Assembly: GCA_046563655.1 (NCBI GenBank)
Contig: CM102284.1
Span: forward strand, 1,984,001-2,048,000
DNA: 64,000 bases
Direction: 5' to 3'
Source: Yuukianura sp. NJ FZ-2021
Taxonomy: Eukaryota
Shown here: piece after piece, positions 36,123 through 49,137 of the stretch
How the letters are laid out: each line of letters begins with the position of its first letter
How positions within the stretch are numbered: position 1 is the stretch's first letter
Notes under the pieces: model-generated
The model's input: the letters and a program-made list of their open reading frames with translations, nothing else
Databases searched by the model: none
Told to the model about the DNA's origin: nothing
Program-made: the position numbers and the translations under genes

Positions 36123-36579
36123 GTCATAATAAAAATTAGGAATTCCCTCAAATTTTACACAAAGTCAACACACCTTGCATCAGAAACGCATTTCACTTAG
36201 TGATTAGTTAATTATAAAACCTTACCCTTTCTCAATTTTTGTTCTGTTTTGCATCTCTTATAACTTTTATTCTGTCGCAAAACATAATGCAACGCATATT
36301 AATGGCTATAGTATTCCACGTATCATACAATGTATAGTGATTAGGGGTCGGAATCCGGAGCGAGTTTCTTAAAATCCGGATTTCGGATTTTGACGGATTT
36401 CAATCCTGAAATCCGGATTTAAATCCGGATTTCAATTTCTGTGTTAACTCCCATAAGAAATTCAAAATTGGTTTAAGCTGTCAGAAATGCAGGTTGGAAA
36501 CACTCGTAGCTAAAACCTCGATGATAAATTCGGCGTGTTTATTTTTTGAATCAAATTACTAGCGTTGAAAAAAAAATGA

Positions 36580-37000
36580 AACATTGGCACAACATTAGCA
36601 CAACATTAGCACAACATTGGCACAACATTAGCACAACATTAGCACAACATTAGCACAACATTGGCACAACATTAGCAGAACATTGGCACAACATTGGCAC
36701 AACATTAGCACAACATTGGCACAACATTAGCACAACATTGGCACAACATTAGCACAACATTGGCACAACATTGGCACAACATTGGGACAACATTAGCACA
36801 ACATTAGCACAACATTGGCACAACATTAGCACAACATTAGCACAACATTGGCACAACATTAGCACAACATTAGCACAACATTGGCACAACATTAGCACAA
36901 CATTGGCACAACATTAGCACAACATTAGCACAACATTGGCACAACATTAGCACAACATTGGCACAACATTAGCACAACATTAGCACAACATTAGCACAAC
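36580..37000. repeat. 11-bp minisatellite (AACATTRGCAC)n, ~38 units
   Basis: Direct reading; A/G variant units interspersed. Confidence 0.97.
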
Positions 37001-37538
37001 AAAATATTTATAACTTTGTTTTTGTTATAAAACAAAATATTTATAATTGAGGTGTCTACTTTTGGCTGCCACACCCTGTATATTCGCAAAATTATTGGTA
37101 AGAAATATTTCATTTTAAATATTTCAAGCAAGTGATTAAGCATCGAGAAAAATTCAGGCCATCGCGTTTTTCTTGGCCAAGCTTCGTGGTAAAATGTTAT
37201 GAATATCAATTGACATTTTTTTTGAAATGTCATCACGAAAAGCCAATGGTCCGTGTCATGCTTACTTTTAAGTTGACTTCCTAGGCAAAATTGTCGAAAA
37301 TTTTGCAATTTCATATTTTCAAAAAAATCTGTTTAATTATTTAATTTAATATCCTTGGAAGCTTTTATTGGGAAAGGAAGACATTTCGTGAGAAATTATA
37401 TGCAACTATAAACATGGAAAGCCTGCAAAAAATATTTGAGTCATGCAATAAAATAAAACGGAGCAAGATATATTACAAAACTGCTTTTAAAATTAGTTTA
37501 TTTCAAAACTTATTTAGGTTTATTCAAACCTGCAAAGA

Positions 37539-40459
37539 ATGTCGCCACTGAACTTTGTCGGCGTCGTTTTTACTCAAGTTGTGCTGCTCAGTATAGCATG
37601 TTGCCATAGTAACGAACCGATTTACACAAAAAATCAGGACATGATTACAATTAATAGCATTTTGAAAGAATTTGAAAATTGGCGGATTCATCTTGTGCTG
37701 GATTCTCTGGAAACCGAACTCCCTCCCATCTTATTGCCTATAATAGTTGACAACATCAAATCTAATGCAGAACGTCTTGGATCCTTTGTTCACGAAAAAG
37801 TTACAAGTAGAGTTGAAAAATATTCAAAATATTGGGACAACTCCCGCCAATTCTATTCTGTTCACATCTTTCTGTTTTATAACATTTCAGTAGTTGCACA
37901 CCTCTGCTCAGCTCCCAAAATTGGAAACCAAGGCAACCCACACTTTTGGCAAGGTCACGCTGGATTTACTGTCATTTACGATAAAAATTCAACATTTTTA
38001 GAACCGCAATCCTGTCCTGTGCCATTTCCACTACCGATAACAGTTTTGCAAGTGGAAAAAATTGATACTTCGGGAAAAAATTTCATTCAGAAAACATTTA
38101 TAACTTTGGCACAAACTGAGCCCTGCACACTTGGAAATTTGTGCAACTGCTTTAGACAAAAATTAATTGTGGATCTGAGTAACTATCTGTTGTCCACTTG
38201 TTTTGGAGGGAACGAAACACTTCTTACGACCGCTGATTTGGATAAGTTTGTACGGTCGCCGGGATACATCAAGAATTTAAAAGCAAAGTTGCCAAGCGCA
38301 CTGGATTTGCATTTGCACGCAAATTCACGTTATAAATTCATACTGAATAACGTGATGTTCATGTATATCGTCGCTGCAACTAAGGCTTGCTTCAAGTTTC
38401 GTTCAGCACTAAGCGAAGAACAACTAGAAAGTCTTTACCCACAGTTATTAGGAGGCAATCTTGCACTCGGGTTAGGTTTTGGTGAATTGGATCGCTATAA
38501 GTCTTACATAGGACGTTCTCATGATATACAAAGACAGATTTTAATTTCTATCACGTCATCGGACGCAGTTAAATTTGTGACATGTGACGGCGTACGTCGG
38601 GTAAGTAACAATTTCAAAGTACACAAAATAAATATTAGAAAGCAGTCATGCGCACACTAACTTGATGCTGATGCATCATCAATTCATTTTGTTGCCTTTC
38701 CTAATAGTACCTAAATAGATTTCCCAGACAAATTAACAAAAAAGTTTGCAGGCATTGAGGTGTGCAGTGTGTCATGCGCCTCACTGTTTTTTTCTGTTCT
38801 TTTTATATTGAATGTGAACATTATGTAAACTATACTTTTTAGCTGGAAACGTCTATAAATTTCGTCTTTAATCCATACGATTCAACGTCTTGGGCACTAA
38901 CATTTTTCTTCAGTCTGGCTATTATTCCCTGTGCTCTACTACTGTTGACCTGGTCTTCAAATGTTTCGTGTGGTCAACTTATAAAATCTGTTGCTGTAGT
39001 CGTATCCACTTGTTCATTGTTGCTTATTGACGTTACGCAAGAAACGATGCAGCGTACTCTTTTTCACTCCAAATTGAAATCGAAGTTTCGCTACATATTT
39101 GGCGGGTGGCTAGTTGCTACCATTGTACTCGTCAACGCGTACAAAGGCTTATTGACATCATATGTTTTGGTTCCGCCGCATCAAGTAAATCATACCTGGA
39201 CAAATCTATCTCAGCTTACAAACTTTACGCTGCTCGGCCGGTTTTCAATTTGGGATAAACAATACATTACCGCAAATGTTTTAATGGTGAGAATAACCCA
39301 TACTACTAGATGATATGTCAGCTGGCGCTCACACGTCTACTTTATATACTATATTTTTTTAACGTATATTTATACGTATACCCAAAAAATAATAAATAAT
39401 ACCCCAACTCTAATTTCATAGGTTTTTATTTTACAGAATGTGAGTGCAGATTTCTACCTTGCTTTGTGTCATTGCAAGAATTCCGGACGAAAGACACTCC
39501 CTCCAAAACACTTGTCCCAACTTGGCCATTGGGTTGAAATGGAAGAGGCATGCGTAAGAATAGCATCGACGCATCTTCCTTATCTGTTTCGTCAAACGTC
39601 CATAGTTATACCTACAGATTCAGCATGTGAAAAATACCCGATTGAGCAAAATAAGCTCAACAGTTGGATGTTTAGAGCAAACAAGGTTTACACAACAGCA
39701 CCATTTTGGTTAAGAGGAACGGAATATGAAAATGCAGGTGGAGTACACAATTTCCCCAAACTGTTTAGCTTCTATTTTCTCACTGCAAATGTTGATGGAC
39801 TCTTAGACGATACAGACCTATCCAGAATCGTGGGCAAGTGTGACCGCGTAGTTTTGCTTCATACTGCGCAAAAAGTTGTTGATATCGTGACGCTTGTGCA
39901 TGCTAACCAAATTGACAACAACTCTTTAGAACCACTTCAGGAGTTTACAATTTCCAACCCATTGCCTGCACCTTATTTGACTGGATATTCATTTTTTCTT
40001 ACTTACAATAAAGCAGACCCTGTTCAACATAGGTTTGACTACTTTGAGTACCAAATGTACCGAGCGATGCAAAATATGATCGAGCAAGGAATCTACCAAA
40101 TTTGGGAAAAGTGGCACAGGATCGTCGTAGAAGATGACGAAATGCGAGACCTTAATCGGAAAGTGGAAATTTTCAAGGCTACACCTAAGATACTAGGGCT
40201 GAATTTGAGCGTCAGATTAATATTTATAATGTGGGCAATTTGCACTTTCGTTTCCCTAGTTGCTTGGGGCTTAGAGTTTGTCTCTGAATATTACAAAAAA
40301 CACAAAAACCACGTTACGTTCTTAGTAAAATCAAATGCTGACGAGAAACATGCATTAAGTGTATTGAGATCCGTTTTACATTGGATAATGAGAGTTCATT
40401 CACAGGCGTGTGAAAAATGGACAACATTACAACGGAAACACATTTTGTTGAGCAATTAG
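37539..40459 (+). CDS. Divergent IR-like protein, copy 2 (3 exons)
   Basis: Tandem paralog of 32781-36122 with the same exon layout and long identical peptides (SKLKSKFRYIFGGWL, EYQMYRAMQNMIEQGIYQIWEKW). Confidence 0.75.
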
Positions 40460-41232
40460 TTTCATAACCATGCTGTTTCTCGGAACCTTTTTTTTTCTGT
40501 TTTTGCATTTTGTATGTATGTATGAGCAACTATCAATTACTAATAAATGTGTGTTCACGTATCATACGTTGTATTGCAATTCATATGTAATTGGTATGTT
40601 AGGTTTAGATGTAATATATTTACAATAGAAATCTGTCTGTAAAAATACATCCATACTCAAATCAACAACATATATAAGGGAAAGTTATACAACGTTTGAC
40701 TTTAAAAGCTGAACGCCCCAAAATAATTTCCGGTGATACCACTCTTTAAAAAAGCAATAAAGCATCGAAAAACGAAAGTTCCCACTGTGCTTCTCATGAT
40801 CATGATTATATGGTCATTACTATACTTTCAGTTTAAAGTTGACTCCATGGCTTTTGATTATTTATGTCCAAAAGTTTATTTTTTTTTCATTATTCTTTAA
40901 TTATTTCAAGAAAACTCTTCAATAATTTAACTTAATAACATTGGAAGCTTGTGGGAAAAAAGGGGACATTCCGTCTCAGTTTGTTCTGTTTTGCATCTCT
41001 CATGACTTTTATTGTGTCGCAAAGCATATTAATGACTATAGTATTTCACGTATCATACATTGTGTTGTGATCCATGTGTAATTGCTGTTACATGTGTGTA
41101 ATATGTTAATATCTGCAACAGAGTACATTTACATATTAGTAATACATCTGGAAAAGTAAATTGATGCAAGAAATAATAATAAATTTAGGTAAATAAATAG
41201 TTAACCACCCTAACAATGTTAGGTGGTAAGCT

Positions 41233-42411
41233 TCAAGTCATTGTTGAATGGAGACGTAAAAGTTCAGTGTCGTTGCCTATGTAAGTTGGCGGATGTTCTT
41301 CTAGTACTTCCGATTCTTCACTGTCGCTGATTTCTACAGTATCTGTAAGTATTGCAGCAGTTTCCCTGCGCTTCTGCAACACTTCATACAAGAAAATGCC
41401 ACTGGCAAACAGAAATACCTGGACTAAAAGTACATACAAAGGAGGGAGGAACCTGTAGTTGTCATGCACGCGCAGCAAAAAGTCAAACGACGCAACAACT
41501 CGGCTCTCATCAAAAATACTTTGGTTCTCAGAATCCCACAAAACACAATTGTACCATCCAGCATGCGCAAACTTGGCTTCCGGAATTGTCAAATTTGCAA
41601 GCTCATCACTTTCATTGTATTTGAACTCAGGAAAGTTTTCCAAAATTTCCGCTCCGTTGAGGTATGCGTCTCCAATTTTCCAAACTAGTTTATACCTACA
41701 AAACGAAAATAATTTGTTGGAAAGAATTTAACTCTCCTTTTTTTTTCTCAAAATTTTGGATTTTCAAAAACCCGAGAAAAGTTACCTCGGAACATCTCGT
41801 TTCAAATGGCAGAGCAGCGTAGTGTTTTTGCCCTCATAAACAGAAGTGCTATTGTTGCCCCATTTGAACGAATTTTTGCAGTAGCCGTTTTTGAAGTTTT
41901 TCACATTCAAAGTTTGGTTTCCATCTTCTTTGATTTCTGAAAAACAGACGTCTGTTCTGCGCAGGATGACAGTTGAGGCTTGCCCTGGCTCATTTTCTCT
42001 TGCACAAGAATATTTTCCAATGTCTATTACTCCAAGTTCATCAAAACTTAGAATGAGTGTTGACGTTTCTTCGGTCATGAGATGTGTTACGGTGCATTCT
42101 GTACTTTGGTGGGTCTTATTTTTAAAAGCATCTTTATGATTGTTACAGACATGCGCCATGTTTAGCCATTTATTTGCAGGAGCACTATTAGTATTCTCCT
42201 TTTCCCATTTGAGTAAACTGCTCTGATCTGGAGCAGTTGGAATCGAACAGTTGATTTCAAAAGGACTTCGATCTCGAAATGAAATGACTATTTCAGAAAA
42301 TGCGATTCTGGGATGACGAATTACTGGGCGAGAAGTGTCAGAGGTCACACAGTTCACTATCACCAAAACTATACTGACAATCGATGATAGGGTGATGACT
42401 TGAGCAGACAT
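41233..42411 (-). CDS. Basigin/neuroplastin-like two-Ig-domain membrane protein (exons ~42411-41786, 41695-41233)
   Basis: Signal peptide MSAQVITLSS..., Ig motifs (C...W...DIGKYSC; HAGWYNC), and TM LRVHDNYRFLPPLYVLLVQVFLFASGIFLYE similar to basigin ALWPFLGIVAEVLVLVTIIFIYE. Confidence 0.6.
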
Positions 42412-42896
42412 GATGGAATGCACAGAATGTAAATTTCCTTTGCGCAGATTAGGTTTCACTTTTTATTTTAATTTCAAGGTTATCACTACTAACTAAACCG
42501 TGCCGTTTGCATACAAGAAGTGTCAAAGTTGGCGCTAGTTTGTGACCTTCATGTACTATGACAAAGACGACCTCAAGTTTTGAAATTCTTGAACTGTCCA
42601 TTTACTAACTGCACTTAAATTACTAAAACTGTCAATACTGACTAAAACTCTCACGCTTTCTGATGAAATATTTTCGAATTTTGCTTGTTTCCCGGAAGTT
42701 TACGGTTAAAAAAAAGCTTGTAAGCGAATATTTTATGATAACACAATTGATTTTTTCCTCAATACTCAGAATACCAAGAATTTGATTTAAATTTTTGTAA
42801 TCTCCCGCGAATTTTAATTTAAGTTTTTAATTTAGTACTTTTTACAACTGAAATCAGAATTTTGTTGCTACATTTTGAATAAGTATGGAACCTAAT

Positions 42897-44298
42897 TCAA
42901 AAATGACAGTAACCATCCTCTTCCGGTGGGAGCGGTAAATTTAAACACTCCAGAACCATTTTGTAGTTTTCAAATCGAAGTTTTCCAATTTCGGCGTTCG
43001 GCCCTCCTTCACATTCCAGTGCACCGTTGATTGCTTTCAAAGTTTCTCCAAAGGTGGCAGCATGCTCTTGTACATTAGCACGCCAAAACCAAGATGCTGT
43101 GGCAAAAGCAACTTCGGGATCGTCTGCGACAAGGTCTGGGTTCTTAATGAGTCTGTCGTCACCGTAGAGTGCTTCAGACGCTGCAGCATAGTTGTAGTCC
43201 CATGTCAACTGGAGCATGCCACGCCCATAGTAGACATGACGAGCTTTACCTGGACCTGTATTTGGATATGCCGTTGCACACTCTTCAATGTGTGCTACAC
43301 AGTGTTGCTGACGTGTAAATTGAAATCCAACAGTTTCCCAGATTTCGTGAGCTAAGAGCATGGCGGCCTCGGATTTTTCAGTAATGTTGGCTTCCGGTAA
43401 AGAATCAATGAAGGCTTGGTACGTTGCGGTATCTGGGTGACCGTCTTTAGTTTGTGCAGCGCACTCAAACTCAGATTGGCTAACGATTGCTAAAAGAAGA
43501 AAAAAAATCACGCTCACAAGCATAATACAAAAGCAATCATACTATGCATGCATAAAACCAAGCAAATCTTTGAATAATAATATTCGTGTTCTGAGTTTCA
43601 AAAAAATTCAAAATTTAAACTTTACCGGTCTCGGACTCTGAACTACTCGGCTGCGAGAGAGGTGATGGTTTTGGCTGTTCAGGAGTTGTTTCTTCGGTAG
43701 AAACTTGCTTTGGCGGTTCTTCCGTTTCATTACTTGTTTCCTCAGCAGAAACTGGTTTTGACGGTTCTGGAGCCGTTTCTTCAGCTGGTTTTGCCGGTTC
43801 TGGAGCCGTTTCCTCAGACGAAACGGGTTTTGACGGTTCTGGAGCCGTTTCTTCAGCTGGTTTTGCCGGTTCTGGAGCCGTTTCTTCAGTTGGTTTTGCC
43901 GGTTCTGGAGCAGTTTCTTCAGCTGATTTTGCCGGTTCTGGAACCGTTTCCTCTGCTGAAACGGGTTTTGACGGTTCCGGAGCCGTTTCTTCAGCTGACA
44001 CGGGGTTTGACGGTTCTGGCGGAGGTTCCTCGGTTGAAACCAAAGGTTCTGGGTGGTCCTTATCTACTTCCTCATTAGCCGTACACCCAGCAGAAGCAGG
44101 CCAATCACAATTGTTGATTTTCGCATTCCAGTGCAGCCCTGGTGGACAGTCTCGAACTAGCCAATGACTGTGGTCACACTGTCGGTATGTAGAACAGTCT
44201 CCGGGATTTGGGGAATATGGGTCGACGCAACTCTCTGTCACTGGGGCAGCACTTGCGCCAATTGGCGCCAGTACCAATACGACAAAAATCCAATGCAT
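42897..44298 (-). CDS. Secreted CBM14 - Pro/Glu/Thr linker - GH19 chitinase-like protein (exons 44298-43626, 43489-42897)
   Basis: Signal peptide; peritrophin-A domain (C...CSTYRQC...CPPGLHWN...CDWP...C); PEPxKPxEET repeats; GH19 motifs YYGRGMLQLTWDYNY, NPDLVA, ASWFW, INGALEC. A phase-1 GT-AG intron joins the two ORFs in frame. Confidence 0.88.
43680..44040 (-). repeat. Coding tandem repeat (11-13 aa PEPSKPVSAEETA units), chitinase linker
   Basis: Repeated ggttctggagccgtttc... units. Confidence 0.85.
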
Positions 44299-45095
44299 TG
44301 CCTTGTTGTATAGCACTGTTGCAAATAAAATGTATCGTTCACAGTAGAAACAAATTAAGTAACCAACTAATTAAATTCATCAGAAAAAAATTCGACCAGG
44401 AAGTTAGAAATTCGACCTAACCAATATGTAGGAAGCTAGAGAGGTAGAGGAGGTATCAGCTCTTAATTGAAAATTTAACCTCAATCAACCTAATTTTTTT
44501 CACTTTTTAACACAACGTCTTAACCGCCTAGCCTAACCCAGTAACCACAATTCAAATTCTCAATATCACATTTTAAAAATGAAGGGGCGTGCGGCTTATT
44601 CTAACATTCCAAATGTCAGAATTCAAAAACGTTCAGAAAAAATTCAAAATTCAAGGGAATAGTTTTGTTAACCTTCAAGTAGAGCGAATTACCAAGAACT
44701 TTGAAGAACAAAAAGCAAAAGCAATACCGTTGTTTTTAACAGTTAGTTTTCAAAGTTTATTTTCAAATGAAAACGAATAAAAAAAAGTACGACGTACTTC
44801 GCAACGGCAGAACAACATTTTGTATAAGCAAATTTTTTGAACACATATTGGTCTGAATTCAAATTTCTGAAGTTCAAATTCTGAATTAAGTTTAACATTA
44901 AACTCCAGCGGAAGCAAATAATAGCTGCAAAGAGTAATTCACAGAACAGTCAAGGCATTATGAAATTTCAACCCCGTTTTTGAGGAATCCATCGTTTCAA
45001 AATATTTTCTTTTGGAACTTTTTTTTTGAAAGTGAGGCTTCACTGAATTTAAATTCACCCATTTGGGTAATTGATTAATCATTAAGTTGGGAATC

Positions 45096-47810
45096 CTATG
45101 CCTCTGTATCTTCTGTTTGTGAATCACATGTAGAAGTTAGTGGTTTGGTGTCGTCAGCCTTTGAATTTGAGCTTGATTTGGTTTTGTAGTCTGTTGGAAG
45201 GAAGCTCCAGTACGACGCATGTTCTCCCAGCGCCTTCGCATCCTCTAGCGTTTCTGGCAGCGACTGATTCAGCGTCTCAGGCAAAAATGATGACGATATT
45301 GTTCCAATCAGACATATGACAAACAAGGTGATGTAGGGCAACATGTCATCCAATTTCACCTTAAAAACAATTGAATTACAAGTTATCTTAAAATTAGTTA
45401 AAGTTAACTTGGTAGCATGCCATTGTGCCGAATAGATTCCTCCGAATGAATTACTGCGAAAGGAGTTACTCCAAAAGTCAAATTTCTCCGAACAGCAACG
45501 CACTCCGAGAGGTCATTTTAAAGTAAAATTAGATCAATAGCTTATTTCAGAAATCATAAAGTTAGGTTTGGTTAGACTAAATATCATTAAGTGAGGTTTG
45601 ATTAAGGATGAAATTTATGAAGGTTAGGATTTGTTTGCTAAACAACTATACTTTTCGGAGTAATTACACTTTCGGATTACTCGTTTCGTAGTAATTCATG
45701 CGAAGGAATTCCTTCCGAAAAATTGATTCTGCCAAATGGTATTGATCCAGAAAACGTAAAATTCACTAAATCATCGAAAACTTACAAGGTATGCGACAGA
45801 AGGCGCAGCGATGGAGGCTGCGTAAGCTAAGCTGCAAGCCAGACCACTACCAGTGGACCGTAACTCGGTAGGAAAAATTTCCGACGCTTGCAGAGAAATT
45901 ATCAAATTCGTAGTTGCCTGGCAGAATCTGCAAGAAATTCAAAAAAAATCGATATTTCTTTAAAAAAAAGTTTTTCAAGGTTTTTAAAAATTTTGAAACA
46001 CTAACCTGCAGACCATTATGGAGGAAATGACGAGGTAGGCATGACTTGGATTGCGTATGGCAAAGGATGTGACTACCAAACTGATGCAACTGATCAAAAA
46101 GAAAAACGTTTGAGTCCAGCGACGTCCCACCCGATCGCTGGACACTCCAGCGACATAGCCTGAGGGCATTTCGATGATAGCCAGTAGGAAGTAGTTTAGG
46201 AACTGATTTCCAGCGATGCTGGTGCAAAGTAGAGTAATTGCGTAGTACAGCAAAGCATTTGCAGACCATGTGATGCTCAACATAACCGTGTTGAAGCCCA
46301 TGCGCCAAGAAGAGAACAAATTGAAAACGCTGAGGATTGAGGTCGTTCCCTTCACTGGTTCTTGAATATCTTGACGATCCTTGGCCTGTCGCAGCATTTG
46401 TGTGAGGTCACCCTTGGTCACTCTGTGACCTCGACCGTTGACACTGGCAACTTCCAGAAGAAGGTCTGCAGTCTCCCCGATCCTGTTGTGTTGTAAAAGC
46501 CATCTCGGAGACTCGGGAATATAGAAATAGTAGAAAACGAAGATGGCAAATCCTGGCAAAGCAGTGACGAGACCGAGAATGAGCCAGTGGCGGGAAAGCC
46601 AGGCGATGAGTGCCAGTAGCCCCATGCCCATGACCCTGCATAACATAATGTCATAAAGTCAAAGGTCAACTTTTTGGAGGGAAAACTAAATGCATACTCT
46701 GAAATAGGAAGAGATTATGCTATTACCATACGATCCAAGTGAATCCATAAACCCAGGCTCTGGATTCCGCGTCTGTGAGTTCCACTGCAATTGCGTAGAC
46801 GGTGATATAGATCATCGGGTAAGTCGCACTCCAAAGGAAAGTGCAAATCAAAAACAACGGAAAGTGCATAGCAACGAACAAACGCAGAGTCAGAAAAACT
46901 GTCATCATGAGGCAGCACACCAGGAAACACCTCTTGCGTCCAAACCTGCCAAACAAAATTCATTTAACTTTACCCTAAAAATGTTAATGTTAGAAAATAG
47001 AGCAGTACAACCAACCAAAGCAGCTTTACAATGAAATTTTTTAAAACACTTTTGAAATTACCGGTCACTAATCCATCCAAATATGACAGTTCCAATAGCT
47101 GAACCGATGGCTTCGATAGTATAAGCGATTGTGGCGTACTCTGATTGTTCACAAACCCAGTTGTAGGTGGACACTATAGTGTCTTCGTAGTCTGTCTTGT
47201 CATAGTCCCACCCATCGGGACATGCAATCAAAGTTCTGTTGAGTGGAGACGCAAACATGCTACATTGATCAAATCGCTCAAGTCCGTCAGGCCCGAGTTC
47301 CCTGAAAAAAAAATGTCAAAAATAGTGTTATTTTGCTAATTTTACTTAACTTTGTACTATGAAAATTTGATGTAGCTTTGCTAAAAATTACTAAAAATTG
47401 TTCTGCTTTGTGTTAACATTACCTGGGCAGTGTGAGGTTCCAGAAAGCGGATGCTGGAGATGTGAATGCAGTTGATGTGGATGCATGTGGAATGTGACAA
47501 TGGTGCGGAGGTTCGTACAGAAGGAAGATTACGGTACTCGGAAAAAATGGTAGTATAAAGAAAAATGGCGTAAGGATGGCATAGAGCAGCAGTTTTTGAT
47601 ACCGTCCATGTGAACCAACAATTTTCAAAATGTCATCAAAATCTTTTGCTTCTGCAACCTCCTCTTCCTGCAAACACAAAGAAAAAATAATTCAAACGTG
47701 GGACAAAAAAAACAACAACAAAAACTAAACAAAAATTGTTCGTTGTTTTTGAAAAGTTTACTTACCGTAATAGGGTGGTCGAATGTACTGTACTTTTGGT
47801 TGGGTGACAT
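45096..47810 (-). CDS. SLC22 organic cation/carnitine transporter-like (MFS), multi-exon
   Basis: DFDDILKIVGSHGRYQ, CPDGWDYDKT...TIVSTYNWVC, FGWISDR.GR, IPESPRWLL, DRVGRRW, FLPETLNQSLPETLED. Confidence 0.9.
45412..45748. mobile_element. Fold-back MITE-like element in SLC22 last intron
   Basis: Imperfect long inverted repeats (ATTCCTCCGAATGAATTACTGCGAAAGGAGT vs reverse complement of ACTCGTTTCGTAGTAATTCATGCGAAGGAAT) around an AT-rich GTTAGG-containing core. Confidence 0.55.
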
Positions 47811-49137
47811 TTAGCAGAATTGTGCTGTTTAAAATTTTGAAATTGTGAAAATTTTGAAATTGTGGAGTAATTGTCAAAACTTCACTCAAACAGCCCCAAA
47901 CGTTCTTTTCAAGTGGGGATTAACTCAAAGGCGTCTGATTTATGTTTTTTTTTTTTTTTTTTGGAAAACCTGAAATAGTAAACTGGTTACTTTGTTTTGT
48001 CGTAAAAAATAAATTTTGGAGTCAAAATTCTCTCACCCCTAAACATTCCACCAAAACTTTACGATTTACTAAGCTTGTTTTTCTCGAATTGTAGCTAAAA
48101 ACCTGTTTCCTTTTACCTTTCACTTATGTCTAAGTTTACTTTAGTAAAACAAAAAACGCACAATCGCAATACTGAAGTATTGCCCCCGAAATTCCTGTTT
48201 CAGCATTCACTTCAACACAGGCGTCCCTTAATTACTTGATTTCGAATTCAAGATTTAAAAACCTCGACAAGTTCTACGAGTCACCTCACGGCAACCAAAT
48301 TTGTCACTTTCATAGCAAATTCTTATCGCTTTGCTCAGTTCTTGACATGTCTTGACATTTTGGTTCTTCAGGTTTCTCAACTTCATGCACAACATTCTAT
48401 TTTAGAAAGTTGACCTCTCGTGTGACCTCTTTCATTTTTGGACTAGACATGAAAACTAGTTTCGTTCATTCTAAAATCTAAAACCCTATCAGAACTTTTA
48501 CTCCTTATCTTAGTCCTTGTAATGACAGTGATGCATATGCATACTAATTTAAATTATCTAATTACCCCAATGCAAATACAGACCCGAGTTTTAAACTTTT
48601 GATTTTTAAAAACCCACTTTAAAAGCTGAAAACAAAACTCTATATATTTACACTAAACATAATCAAACATAAATTATGTTTTGTAAAGCAAAGTCAAACT
48701 ATAAACAATTTAACTTTGTACAAACCAATATGCAATTAACCTCAAATTCATGATTACTTTGCACATTGACAAAATTGAAATAGTTGAAACAAAAAGTGAC
48801 ATAAAATTGAACGTTTTCTTCTGTTTTCAAAGTTAAAAAAAACTGCGATTTTTAGTGACAATAAGTTTAGGCAACAAATCCGAACGTACATAACTTCCTA
48901 ACGCACTGAATTTTGGTACGCAAAAGTCTGTAAAAAAAAAACTAACAAGTTTAGAAACGTATTTTATTAAATGCGCACAACGCAATCTGATCCAAATCAC
49001 GATGAAACCGTCCACGTCTAACTCATTAACTTACTAATTAATTTATCTATTACAAAAATCAACGTGAATTTGTAGTACATACAAATATAATATTTAGTTT
49101 ATCTACATGTTATAAGTTATTAGAATCTACTTACTCT

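Noticed and set aside
36580-37000. CRISPR-like array
   Set aside because: Contiguous 11-bp units with no unique spacers, no cas genes and a eukaryotic context.
30110-44298. Bacterial contamination explaining the UGT and GH19
   Set aside because: Both genes have GT-AG introns, host-like composition and animal neighbours.
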